From Takakia lepidozioides (lineage: Eukaryota; Plantae; Bryophyta), in the NCBI GenBank assembly GCA_030704615.1, contig CM060733.1, positions 8,928,001 to 8,992,000 on the forward strand: DNA of 64,000 bases, given 5' to 3'. The position numbers and the translations under genes are program-made. Shown one piece after another: positions 1 to 11,699 of this stretch (its first letter is position 1; each line of letters starts with the position of its first letter). The notes below the pieces were generated by a model. The model was not told the origin of the DNA. It ran no database searches and saw only the letters and a list, made by a program, of their open reading frames with translations.

Positions 1-168
1 AAAAAAAAGAACAAGACAGAGTTTGCAATACATGAAGACACCCACATACACAAAGACAAAATTAGCAAGTAGACGAACACACTCAGATAGACCACAGCAT
101 TCTTCTCTGAAATAGGGAGCCCCAAGGAACCCACGCAACCCTTGCCTGAAAATACACTGATTACTGAC

Positions 169-3100
169 CATTCATTTGTATGGGTGTGGCGATTTCTCTA
201 ACATCTGGTGTGCCCTTGACTGCAGATGGAGTTACTGGAGATTGGTCTGGCTGGCGAATAAAGAGAGCTCGTGGATTTTCTCGAGGAACAAACAATACAT
301 CTGCCTTGGGTGTGGTAGGTGTTTCTTCACCATCACTGAAAAAAGAAACCTGCAATGCAATTTTTAACACAACACAGTCAACACAGAGGTCTCTGCATGC
401 CAACACCAAATGAAAATATCTAAATGGTTGACTAGAGATTTTAAGTTTCCAAATTCATCACATAACCAATGAAGCCTTACATCATGTTACTTGCGAATCT
501 CATACTCCCTTGGTCACATATTCCACTCATACTTTATGAATACATTCTATATTAATTACTAGAATGCATCACCTGGAAATCAAAATCATTTAGTTCAAGT
601 CCCAAATACACAAAGCTGTCCGTCAGGCAAATCAGCGTTGATATGGAACCAAAGTTTACGCAACTAAAAAGCAACTAGAAAAACGAAGGAATGACATGAT
701 TACCTTCGGGCTGTCTTTCTTGGGATGATACCTCCTTGCATGCATCCGAACCTTGGATCGTTGTGTGATATGCCTTGGTGTCAGCAATGATGTTGTCCGC
801 ACTTGAGTAGGTTTCTCTGACACCTGTGGCAGTGAATCTAACTGTAAACATTCCTAGCTTTCAATGCAACCACTCAAACTGCATCATAAGAGCAAAGTCC
901 CTACCAAAGCTTACCATCTTCAGCATTATGACAACCCTTCAGTTAACCAGACGACAATATTAAACATCAAAAGCATAAAACTAGGCCTTTCAGTAATGCA
1001 TCAATAGACGCTTGCAAAGAAAGCAGTGAACTTACCGGCATACTTGAGATCCCATATTGAACTGATGGACCAGAGCCAGCACTACGACCAATCAACATTT
1101 GAGGCATGGCAGGCAAAGTCCCAAAAGGATTGGTCACCGGAGCAGGTGTTGCTGCCATAACATTCTGAGCAGGCCTGAAAAGCGTGCAACCAACCCAACT
1201 TTTAACACTGACTACACCTTGACTTCAGCAACATCCATTGCAAAATAAAAATGCCTCCAAATTGAAGCCGTCCAAACTTAGCAGAGAGTTTGCTGTTACA
1301 CTGATTAGTACAAAACTTGCACCCATCAAAGATAATTGATCACAGAACTATGCCCCTCCAATCTATCTGGAGCTAGATGCATATGGCTTTACAGATTTGC
1401 ATTTGGAGGTGGTTAATCTGTATGGGAGCTAGTTCCAAGCATGGTTCCTGATATAAAAGGACAAATAAACTTTCAAGCACCGGTGCGGCACAAATTGTTT
1501 AATTAGTATTATCTTTACAAGTTATGAGAAAAAATAGTGTGAGAAATTTCAAAGTTTCAGAGGAGAATCATACTGTTGTTGGCCGAATGCATTTTGCTGG
1601 CCATACGCTGGAGCTGATGGACCGAACATACTACCTGGCAATCAGGTCAAAAAATTTACAGGCCATATTTATGCAGGATAACATGCCAACACCTTCGAGG
1701 AAAAGAAAAGAGATACAGCTAAAAATAAGCTCATAACTAGCTGGTAAAACTACTGGAAATCTTCTCTGGGGACGTAAGGAACACCTTGGCTGCAGTATCA
1801 TCCATCATACAACGGATATTTCAAATCTACTATCCTTTTCAAGTAGATATGGCAAGTGTAATCACAAGAACACACTCCAGCCGCAATAGCAGAACAACAA
1901 ACAGAATCTGAAAGCCTGGGCTGGTGTATAATCCATCATACAACGGATATTTCAAATCCATCATGTCATTCTCAGAAACAAATGTAATCACAGGAATACA
2001 CCCCAGCCAGAACTGCATGTGAATGACAAAGAACTATAATATTGTGGATCCAAACCTATCCAACATAACTTATCTTCGCCTATCTTTCCTGCCCACCTAT
2101 CCCACAATGTCAGGCTATCTCTATTACCTTGCTGCGCAGGCTGAAAACTTGGAAAGCTAAAAGCCCCTGCTGTCTGGCCTGCTGCTGCTGATCCATATGA
2201 TCCAAACATTGAGGAAGGCTGCATTTAAGAAAGAAAACTTAGAATTGCATTATCCACAGCTACTAAAGGGCTCACACCAGAGATATCAACCATGCTGACC
2301 AGCTGATCAAAGGATGACCCACTCTTGTCCCATGGTCCCACTACAACTATTCCATTTTCCTTCTTTTAGTCATACTTTCTTTCACCCCGTGTTCTCTACA
2401 CCCTTTCCTGCTCCTTCCACCAGGCACACAAGGTCAATGGCCACACGTATGCGACAAGTTGAGTCTAATAAACCGGCACGAGTGCATGGCTCCTCCCCCA
2501 TCCCCCCACCCCCCTCTCTCTCCCTCTCTCTTTTACTACATTCTACACATCCAATAAGCCGTCCAGGCCTCACAGAGAAGCGGTAATTTCTTCCTACTTG
2601 TTCCAGCATGTCCACAAGAAAGATTTCATGCATGTCACTCCTAAGCCATACACCCTAAACCCTAAAAATGTCCACACGTACCGAAGATTGGGTAAGGCCA
2701 GCTGGCTTGGTCTGGGCAAAGATAGAGCCTGGTGCACTGCTGGTAAATAAGTTTGTACCAAACGCTGATGAGGCTCCTCCAAAAGCAGGTGTCCCAGTTG
2801 CTCCAAATGGCTGTGAGGCAGGAGTAGAAAAAAGACCGCCACCTGAAGATTGTGTGTTTCCAAACAAGCTACTTGCCCCGAAGGGCGACGATGTCCCGGT
2901 ATTAAAACCTGGGGTAGAGGAAGGGGTGCCAAATGCAGACCCAGAGCCAAAAGAAGGTGCACTGCTGCCACCAAACGAGTTGCTGAATAGTGGAGTTGAC
3001 TGTCCAAAGGCTGGGGTGGAGCTTCCGAAGAGAGAGGGAGTGGATCCCATCCCGAAGGTAGAAGTTGTGCTTGGTTGACCAAAAGCAGGAGTGGAAGCCG

Positions 3101-5843
3101 GTGTCCCAAAAGGCGATGATGGAGTATTTCCAAATGCTGTTGACCCAAATGTTGCCCCTGGTGTTGAACCAAAGCCAGGTGCAGCAGTAGCCCCCGCAAA
3201 TGTAGGCTTTGGGGTGAACAAAGCAGCAGTTGAAGAAGGTGCAAAGGGATTGGGAGTAGCAGACTGGCCAAAGCTTGTTGTTGCAGTCCCCCCGAAGGGA
3301 CTTGCTGCTTGGGGAGACTGTCCAAAGATGCTCCCACCTGCAGCCTGCTGCACACCTGCAGGATTTGGGCCACCTGCACAGAGAACTCCCAGTTATAAGC
3401 GGTAACTTAAGACAAAACTTGAGTCCAGATTTCAAAGATTGCTATCAGCATTCCTAGTCAACAGCCATCAGTTTGTCCTCTGACTAATACACCTTTGCAC
3501 AAACAAAAATGCTAGTTCCAAATGCCTTAGAGGTTCATTACAAATTTTGTAGCACCATATACACTGCAACCAACTAACAGACCTCCACAATTTAAAACAT
3601 CACTGAAGCTACTACTGTAAAATGAAGCTTGACAGGTATGTAGAAGCTCAAAACTGGCATGTCACCCTGAGAAACTTGCTCAACCCAACTGTTCTTGAAT
3701 AGACAGATGCCATAGATTACCACCATTCATTGCATGAGTTCTTGGATCTGTTCTAGCTTCACTCATAGACTGGTAAAAAAATGTGTTCCAACCTTTATCG
3801 TTTGCTTGATAGTCTTCCCACCTCAATTCCTCTGAGCTTTTGTTCTTATAAGCAGGCATGGCCGAAATGGACATGAGCCTCCCAGATTGGCCAACCACCC
3901 CTGAATCAGTGTCATTGGTGAATGCATAGGCTGTTGCCCTACTGCCACCTCGCTGTTGCCCTCCAAATGGTGAAGTCCCAAAAGTACCGAAAGAGGGAGC
4001 TGTGGGAGCTTTTGCAACAACACAAAAGAAGATGGTCAACGTGTGTCAAATCAAGTGTCAAATCAAATAAACATTGAACGATCAAGTCATGTAGAGCAAC
4101 TACGGACTGTGTGCAGACACCAAATAGCTGGAATGTTTCACCAGGAGATTTACTTCGAAAAATTCCCCGGTAAACTCCTGCGCAGTAAGGCCTAGTCCAA
4201 GCAAACCATGACAGACAATACATACCAAATGCAGAGCCAGTTTGTGCACCAAACGGAGATGCAGGCGGAGCGCTTCCAAAGACAGGAGGGGTAGGGCTTG
4301 CTCCGAATGCAGGTGCAGTCTGCCCAAACACAGAAGTGCCAAACACAGGCCCTGAAGCCCCAAATGCCGGGGTGGAGCTTGACCCGAAAGATGGAGTTGA
4401 CGATGACCCAAAGGTAGAAGCGGGCGCACCAAAAGCTGGGGATGGTGTCGAGCCAAATGCCGGAGTTGATTGCGCTCCAAAAGCTGGGGTTGTTGACCCA
4501 AATGGTTGACTGCCAAAAGAAGTCTGCGTTTGCCCAAAAGATGGTGACCCAAATGGATTCGATTGTGGCTGGGTTGCACCAAACCCACCAAAAGGAGAGG
4601 CTGGTTTTTGACCAAACACAGGGGTCCCTGCAGTAGTAAGGTTAGGTGAGTAGGATAAACTGGAACTCACATTCTCCAGATAAAAAAGCCAACAGTTGGT
4701 AGATACAAGTACTCAGAAAACAACGTAGCTGGTAGCTCATAGAAAAGATCTCATTTTGAAATGATCTACTGGTCATTCATGATGTTTAAGTAAGAGAAAT
4801 ACCAGATCCAAATGGAGTAGCAGTACTGCCGAAAGCTGGAGTTGATGATGAGGCCCCAAAGGCAGCAGATGAAGCGCCAAATGTCGATGGCTGAGTGGCG
4901 CCAAATACACCTGTAGCAGTTCCACTCCCAAATAGGGAGCTGCTGGTCTGGCCTCCAAATGGTGTTGTACTTCCAAATGGTTTTCCACCAAATGGATTAT
5001 TTGACTGGTTCATTCCAAATGGATTTGTGCTCGCACCAAAAGGATTAGAGGAAACTGGCGTGCCCCCAAATGGGTTAGTTGATGATGCCCCAAAGGCTGC
5101 CAAAAAATTCACAGATGGAGCAATCAATTTACAGCTCAGATATTGTAGTGATCTAACAAGGACGTCCCACAAACATCAAACACACCAGAGAAGGGCGTCT
5201 GACGTGACAGCAATGAGGTGGGCTTAATCTGCTGACAAAAGACAGGGACAAGATTCACAACTGCTCCTCAGCCAAGGAGAATACTGGTGCAAACCTCTGC
5301 AAAACATTGCAACAAATCCGCTGTGGAAAAATTCAAGGCCATTAAGGAAATAAAACCACATGCAAGTAACATCCAGACACCTCAAGAAAACTTTGAGCCA
5401 CTTGAACGCATACCTTTCCAACCTTAATGGAAGTTTAACTCTCTCAAGGCCTAATTGACAACACTAGAGTCTAGCTTCCAGGGTAACCTAGAAAACGATG
5501 GATGACACTAGAGAGGTCGTCACCTCCAAAGGTCTCTCAACGCCTTCACTACTGGTTTGAGAACCAGACGCTGTATGAGAACCAGATCAGGTGTCTGGGA
5601 GCTGACTATGATCTTGACACAGTAACTCAACTCGTATCACCTCGACAATCTTCTGGCATGCAAGGTAAGGCTGTCTATCTGAGGAGCTGAAAGAGAATCT
5701 CATAGAGTGATCTGGCAAAAGAACTTCAACATGAGCGACAGGTGGAGGAATAAGGTCAGAAGAAGGTCCCGGAGCGTTAATGCCAGACAAAAACAACATA
5801 GAAGCCAAGGATGATGGCACTTACGGCTGCTAGATCCGAACAT
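169..5843 (-). CDS. NUP98: FG-repeat nucleoporin Nup98, multi-exon; 3' end lies beyond the window start. Coding exons: 5843-5825, 5096-4803, 4627-4226, 4008-3793, 3373-2682, 2218-2128, 1634-1574, 1174-1036, 823-704, 349-169
   Basis: Spliced frame starts [18 protein letters not shown]. It has dense FG repeats, the GLEBS/Rae1-binding motif [27 protein letters not shown], and plant Nup98 motifs [21 protein letters not shown] and [17 protein letters not shown]. All junctions traced are GT-AG with consistent phases. Confidence 0.93.
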
Positions 5844-6720
5844 AGCACGCCCGCCGATCAACCTGCCCAGAAAAAACGCCCATTCTAAGACATCAGCAGC
5901 CTCCCACACAATCACTAGACAGATTCCATATCCAAGTAAGGACAACAGGACCAACCAGTTGGTAATGAAAAGATGCGTGGATAATAACACAACAAGAGAT
6001 TGTATTGACAGAACTAGTCTTCAACGGTGCACGAGTCTGGCAGCAAAGCCCCGAAGGGTCAGGAACTAGGGGACGTTACGAAGACCTCAGGCTACAGCCT
6101 GAACAGATATGCGCTACACATGCACAAATTGCTTGCCTAAAGGGATCAAAGAAAGACAGACGACATCGTCTCACAAACAGCAACACATAGCACAGACTGG
6201 CACTCAATCCCTACACGCCCAGCCTAACAACACAGTCTCAATTCCTTGCTTCCCGTCCCAAAAAAAAGAGACTCCGCATTACTTGACAGATCATAAATTC
6301 TTACGCGCAAACACACACAAAGCACAGGGAGGAGGGGGGCAAATCCCCACAGGTTCCTACACGCCCATCAATCTAAAACTACTCCCTGACAAAGCCTCTC
6401 ATCCCGGCTTTCCCGATGCGAGCCTTCCACTTCTCGGCACACAAGAACCAGATGTAGGCACAGAAACAAGCAGAGATACCTACGGAAGAAAATCCAACCA
6501 GCACTTACTTCGCACACTCCGATTTCCAAACCTCCTTGTCCGCCCACACGCGTACCCTTCAGTTTCTCTCCACAAAGGAACAGATTCTGGGCAAGAGAGG
6601 AGGAGGGAAGTCCCGGGGAGGAGTGAAGTGGAGTGGAGAGGAGGGGAAGGAAAGAGAGTAGGGCGGCCAGGCAATGGAGCGCTCACTCCCTTCGTTGCGA
6701 GGCAAACACGCAGAGCGTAG
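5844..6720 (-). other. Probable 5' UTR of Nup98 containing an intron (acceptor ~5864, donor ~6556)
   Basis: A pyrimidine tract plus CAG| lies ~20 nt upstream of the ATG, and an AAGG|GTACG donor near 6556 follows a CT-rich leader. There is no transcript evidence. Confidence 0.5.
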
Positions 6721-7921
6721 CGCGAGAGAGAAGAGTAACAGATAGGCCCTAAGGTACAGCCCCTATATCGGCCGCTATTGTGGCGCACTCTTTTCACCCT
6801 GCCTCCCTAATTCGAGTTCCCCCTCTAACCCTAGTCAATTCCCCTAGCCAAGATTTTGCAGTTTAGGTCTAGGATGGATAATCAGACCACTCAAAGACTT
6901 AAGTCCAAGGGATACGGTTGGGATGGATGGATTTTCTTTTTTTGGTCCCTTCCTTTTGCCAAAGTGGAAAATGAATCCTGGCCTACGTTTGCGATCCATG
7001 TGGCAAGAAAATGGCTTGTAAGAAGGGGAAAAAAAAAAAAGGCTTCTATGACTCCATCCTAGAGTGAATGCTAACCCTAATTGTGCAAGATTGATTATTT
7101 GTTCTAACATTTATCCGTTTGTGCTTTTCGTACCAATGTATAGCTCACGCCAAAAATACTCTGGTTTGGGTACTACAGAGACCCAAATTGCGAGTTACCT
7201 TGGAGGACAAGCTACTTACAAGCGACTACAATAGGTGACTAAAGGGTGACCGGCCCTAAGGGATTCATAGACCCAAAAAGGATGTAAGCCAATGAATAAT
7301 GGGCACTTACTCAAGGGGGTCTGGGCACCAGCTCACTAATTTTTCTTGGCATTATACCGGAGTGGGCAAATTTGAGGTTACGTCAAATTTGGGGTGGTGC
7401 CCAAATATCCAGGAGTGCAGGTTGACCAATCTTAGCAGTTCAGAACACCTAAGGGGCCTTAACACTACCGGATCCGGACAAAAGGGTACCCGACTTTGGC
7501 TTCTCAATAAACATACCCAACTGCTACTATTTGGGTTTCGGGGTAGCCTGTAGTCTATAGAGGCTCAAAGGTGTTGGTGTGCCACAATAGGATCCGGCCA
7601 AGCATGACCCCCTGCAATGGAGGGCTGAGAGTTAGAGGGTGGGATATTAGGTACGAGGTCCTACACTCAGATCAGATGTGGTCTAACATGTGAATGCTAA
7701 TATTAGGTACTTTTTTTAACCTTTTTTAAAAGGAAAGGGGATTGTAGCAGCCCTTTTAATCAAATTTGGAGCAAGGCAAAATAATTTTGTGGGGACATAC
7801 GACTTACAGGAAATGCGGAAGTTTCGGGAAGATCCCCATGATTGTATTGCCTTACGGCCCTGTCGAGGTTATTTTTTCCTCGCTTTTCTGATTTGATTAA
7901 CAGCGCCTCCGTCCCCTTTCT

Positions 7922-7987
7922 GTTAAAAAAAGGCCTTTGGGTCGGAATAGTACTGGGATGGGTGACCTCCCGGGAAGTCCCGGTGCT
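7922..7987 (+). pseudogene. 5S rRNA-derived fragment (3' half, internal Pol III control region)
   Basis: TTGGGTCGGAATAGTACTGGGATGGGTGACCTCCCGGGAAGTCCCGGTG closely follows the plant 5S sequence TTGGGCGAGAGTAGTACTAGGATGGGTGACCTCCTGGGAAGTCCTCGTG. The 5' half of 5S is absent. Confidence 0.8.
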
Positions 7988-8004
7988 AAAAGAAAATACC
8001 AACA

Positions 8005-8076
8005 GTCAGTAGCTCGGTTGGTAAAGTGCACTGAGTTGCCATCCGGATGACCCTGGGTCAAATCCTGCTACTTGAC
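8005..8076 (+). pseudogene. tRNA-derived sequence (GCC anticodon-like loop, tRNA-Gly-like) directly downstream of the 5S fragment
   Basis: A-box TAGCTCGGTTGG, loop TTGCCAT, B-box-like GGGTCAAATCC, and partly complementary ends GTCAGTAG/CTACTTGAC. Stems are imperfect, so it is not called a functional tRNA. Confidence 0.65.
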
Positions 8077-9253
8077 GGGTGTGGTACGCTCTTCTCCCCG
8101 TCTCTAGGGAGTGTCGCATCGGAAAGCCTTACGGCGAGGTTACTGAGAGGTTATTTTCTCCTCTCTCTATCAAGGGGCCTGATTTGTGAGCTGTCGCTCC
8201 CAGGTGTTTCCCTTTTTTTTCTTTTTTTTTTTAATTTTAAAAGAAAAAAGAAATGGGAATCCTTCTAGAAAGCCACCATGTGGCCAGCACGAACTAATTC
8301 AACAACTATCGATAGTGGGATTAGGAGGGTCCATCCTTGGACGCTTTCTTTGTGGGCACTCCAGTCGCCCCGAATCACCCCCAAGATTGAACCGCCCCTA
8401 CAAAACATGAGGGGTGGTTCCATGGAGACCCTTCTAATCACCCCTCCGTAAATCATGCCACCCTTCTATCGCACTCACTCTAATAAAATGAAGTGCCTAA
8501 CATTCCACAGCGAAACGAAGTTGGCGAAACTAAAAAATCTGCGAAACTAACACATAAAGAACGAGTAGCCCCTATACCTTATGAACATATTACCCTATAG
8601 GCATGGCTTTTTCTTAGGTCGTGCTCGCACGATGCCAGCCCCTTTTCATAATAGGTGCGAGAGTGGGCGGTGAGGCTTCACCTCAAATTTAAGGTCCTCG
8701 TCCATGGATAATTTTGCATGGCGAAACTCTGTACCAACCAGCCTGAGAAGACATTGTAGTTGAAAGGATGAATAGGTCACTTAAGTCTCCACCCATGTAT
8801 ATTTCCGCAGAACGAAACTCTGATCCATGAAAAGAGGTTGGGTAGCATGCAGTTAGGATGCACACAAACATAAAAGAATATGAAGAATGTCTGAACAGTT
8901 GATTTAGTCAGTGTTTGCTAACGTGGATCAAGTAGGGATAGCTTACTAATCTGTACCTAAACCTAAACCCACAACAAGGGTTTTTCAATGGGAAACCCAC
9001 CGTTGCTTAGGTTAGTTGTGCCCATATCACCAAATATTTCTCATTGCGAAACTCGCCGCCGCCACTATAGGTTTATGGTTTCTGGCTATACTAATGAAGG
9101 TTCCGCCTCGCTGAATTGGCGCATATGTACCGTATAAATGCACCAGTCCTCTATACCCGCTTATGGTTTGATTCCATTTTGAAAACATATAATTTCTATG
9201 ACCGAGGTTTAATTTGTTTAGGGTTTAGGGTTTGTTATTTGTTTGTTTAATTT

Positions 9254-10010
9254 GTTGCCAAAACAAGTGTAAATTATGGCGTTGCTTGACCCAAACTACC
9301 CTTTCGGTAGGAAGGTGAACACCTTTATGATATCCAACATGTGATTTTAACCCACCACCACTAGTGAAGCGGCTTGTGAGGAAGTGCTAACAGTGCAACC
9401 TCCTAGTGTTGTCCAAGGGATTCGAGCTATTAGGGTCCGGGATCGGGCCGTACTTTCCAGCCCTAATAGAGTTCTTAATATACAGCTTAAAAAAAAATGG
9501 ATTCGTTGCCAAAACAAGTGTAAATTATGGTGTTGTTTGATCCCAAAGGCCTACCCTCTGTACAACAAGGTGGACACTAGACACATTTATGACATCCAAC
9601 ATGTGATTTTAATCCACAACCACCAGTGAAGCAACTTGTGAGGAGGTGTCTAAGAATGCAACCTCCCACTGTTGTCCAAGGGATTCAAGCTATTAGGGTC
9701 CTGGTCAGGCTGTACTTTCCAATCCTGATAGAGCTCTTAACATACAACTTAAAAATATATGGATGTGTTGCCAAAACAAGTGTAAATTATGGCGTTGCTT
9801 GATCCCAAAGTACCCTTGGGCAGGAAGGTGGACATTAGGGGCCAAGGTCGGGTCGTACTTTCCAAAACTTACAAAAATGTGGATTCATTGCCAAAACAAG
9901 TGTAAATTTCGGTGTTGCTTGATCCCAAAGGAGCTACCTTTCGGCAAGAAGGTAGACGTTGGACACCTTTATGACATCCAACATGTGATTTTAACCCACA
10001 ACCACTAGTG
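9254..10010. repeat. Tandem array of ~250-bp units (starts 9254, 9505, 9767, 9887; the last two are partial), partly homologous to the local SINE family
   Basis: Recurrent TTGCCAAAACAAGTGTAAATT...GGAAGGTG.ACAC.TTTATGA.ATCCAACATGTGATTTTAA.CCAC.ACCA. The same core is seen at 10964-11060. Confidence 0.85.
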
Positions 10011-10423
10011 ATTATCACTTGCTTGTTGGTCATCAAAGTAATGTAGCCTTCCAAACTGAATGGAGGCTGTGGTTAGCTTACCGGCCTAACAACCTAGGGC
10101 CCTACAGTTAGGCTTGATTTAAGAGAAATAATAAATGTTAACTGTGATTTGGTGCCTCACTTACGGTTAAGTGCATCAGTTTCACTTACCATTGGGTACC
10201 AGTTAACTGTATGTGGGGGGCACCACTTCCCTTTATATAGCATTAAGGATTGACACTAACGGCAAGTGGCCCAAAAACATTATAGCAATGTCTGCCCTGC
10301 CTACCCACCTCAGACCTAATCCAAAAATACCATCATAGCCCTCACACAACACCATAGGAGACAATATCGCATACTGCCCGGATGATGGTTGTCATTCATA
10401 ACATAAGAAATCACTTAACAATA

Positions 10424-11107
10424 ATAATCAATATATGAATCGAGACGTTTGTTTTGTTTTGTTTCGTTTTGTAGATTTGAGATGTCCCAAACCGCGAGGC
10501 CCCAACCCCGGTGCGTGGTACCATTGGAAAGCCCTCGACGAGGAGGGGTGCACGGGCTTGGTCTCATGATTTTTGGACCTACAGTGTGGGAGATGTGGAA
10601 TTTCAAGTACTTTGGATCACTGAAAATTCCCAAAAAATAGCAAGGTGGGAATTCCTGGGACAATGGTTGGAGCCTCGACAAGAGAGATATCAAGGGAAAG
10701 GTCTCCGGTTCAAATCTGGTCGTAGGCTCTGTAGAAGAAAAAAATGATTAGATATGGCTTGCTTCATATATTGATGCACTTGGACTTAGATGACATTGGA
10801 CACTTGGGCCAGCGGCAAAGGCTACCCTAGAGGTCGCACTTGGGCCTGGACATGGGAGAGGATATTGGATACATAGGATAGGCTTAGATGATACTTGACA
10901 CTTGGGCCAACGGCACAGGCTACCTTAGTAATATTTAATATTTGACGCCTCCCGAAGGATGCGTAAATTATGGTGTCTCTTCACCCCGAAGGGTTAGTGC
11001 CTTCCGCTAGGAAGGTGGTCACCTTTGTGACACCAAGGGTGGATTGAACCCACAACCACTTCTGAGGTGGTATGTGCCCATCACCACTGGGCTACAACTT
11101 GTTGTCC
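10424..11107 (-). mobile_element. tRNA-derived SINE (body 10929-11107) whose tail is interrupted by a Helitron; TSD CACTTAACAATA
   Basis: Minus-strand A-box TAGCCCAGTGG and B-box GGTTCAATCC. A 12-bp direct repeat sits at 10412-10423 and 11108-11119. A homologous copy is at 60314-60491. Confidence 0.75.
10428..10928 (+). mobile_element. Non-autonomous Helitron-like element
   Basis: Begins TC after a host A and ends CTTAG before a host T. The GC-rich 3' terminal motif CACTTGGGCCA.CGGCA.AGGCTACC.TAG occurs twice (ending 10830 and 10928). It has no TSD of its own. Confidence 0.6.
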
Positions 11108-11699
11108 CACTTAACAATAGTTAGCCTAGCTGTTAGCTAAGTGGTAAGCGCGGCAGATATTACTCTAACTTTTTAGGCTATGTTAGCTTAGGGTGCGGCC
11201 CGGGGCGGGGGGGGGGGGGGGGGGGAGAGGGCGGTCCTTACATTTTGATTTTTATTTTCTGAAAGAGGGAGACCAAAAAGAAAGAAAACCATTGATATAT
11301 TTTTTTATTTTATTTTTATTTTTTATTTTTTATTTTTATCAACAGGGGGATTAGGCCCTGGTTAACTTTATTATAATGTATTTTGTGGGACAAAGCCCTT
11401 ACATTGATATTCAGAACAAAGTTCGATGAGTCATTTACAGATGGATTTGCAAAATAAATTCATGTATATTATCCACATGCTTCTCATTGGAACAATAATA
11501 TCATGAATGCCCTCGTGTGGCAGAGGGGGCCGTGGGGGTTGGGAGCGCCCCTACCCGGACCCGCTAGTCTGCTGCTGGATCTACCCGGCAGTGTGTTGGG
11601 GACCACAAAACACATGAGCTAGTCTGCTGGGGCCCACAATATTCTAGCGACGACCGAAGGTCGGAAGCTAGTTTAGTGTAGAGCAGGAATAGGGTGCCA

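Noticed and set aside
1795-1990. Duplicated ATCCATCATACAACGGATATTTCAAATC in a Nup98 intron
   Set aside because: A small local intronic duplication with no further structure.
2594-5227. Long alternative-frame and antisense ORFs over Nup98 exons
   Set aside because: Shadow ORFs of the FG-repeat coding sequence.
7922-8076. Functional 5S rRNA gene or tRNA-Gly gene
   Set aside because: The 5S lacks its 5' half and the tRNA stems are imperfect; both are treated as derived sequences.
8508-9056. Scattered GCGAAAC(T) heptamers
   Set aside because: Could be subterminal TE repeats, but no termini were found and the motif is too short to support a call.
9215-9235. TTTAGGG telomere-like repeats (also near 2653)
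   Set aside because: Only about two units each; common telo-box-like motifs, not an interstitial telomere.
11200-11232. Poly-G runs (also 29850-29897) as G-quadruplex elements
   Set aside because: Simple homopolymer or low-complexity tracts with no evidence of function.
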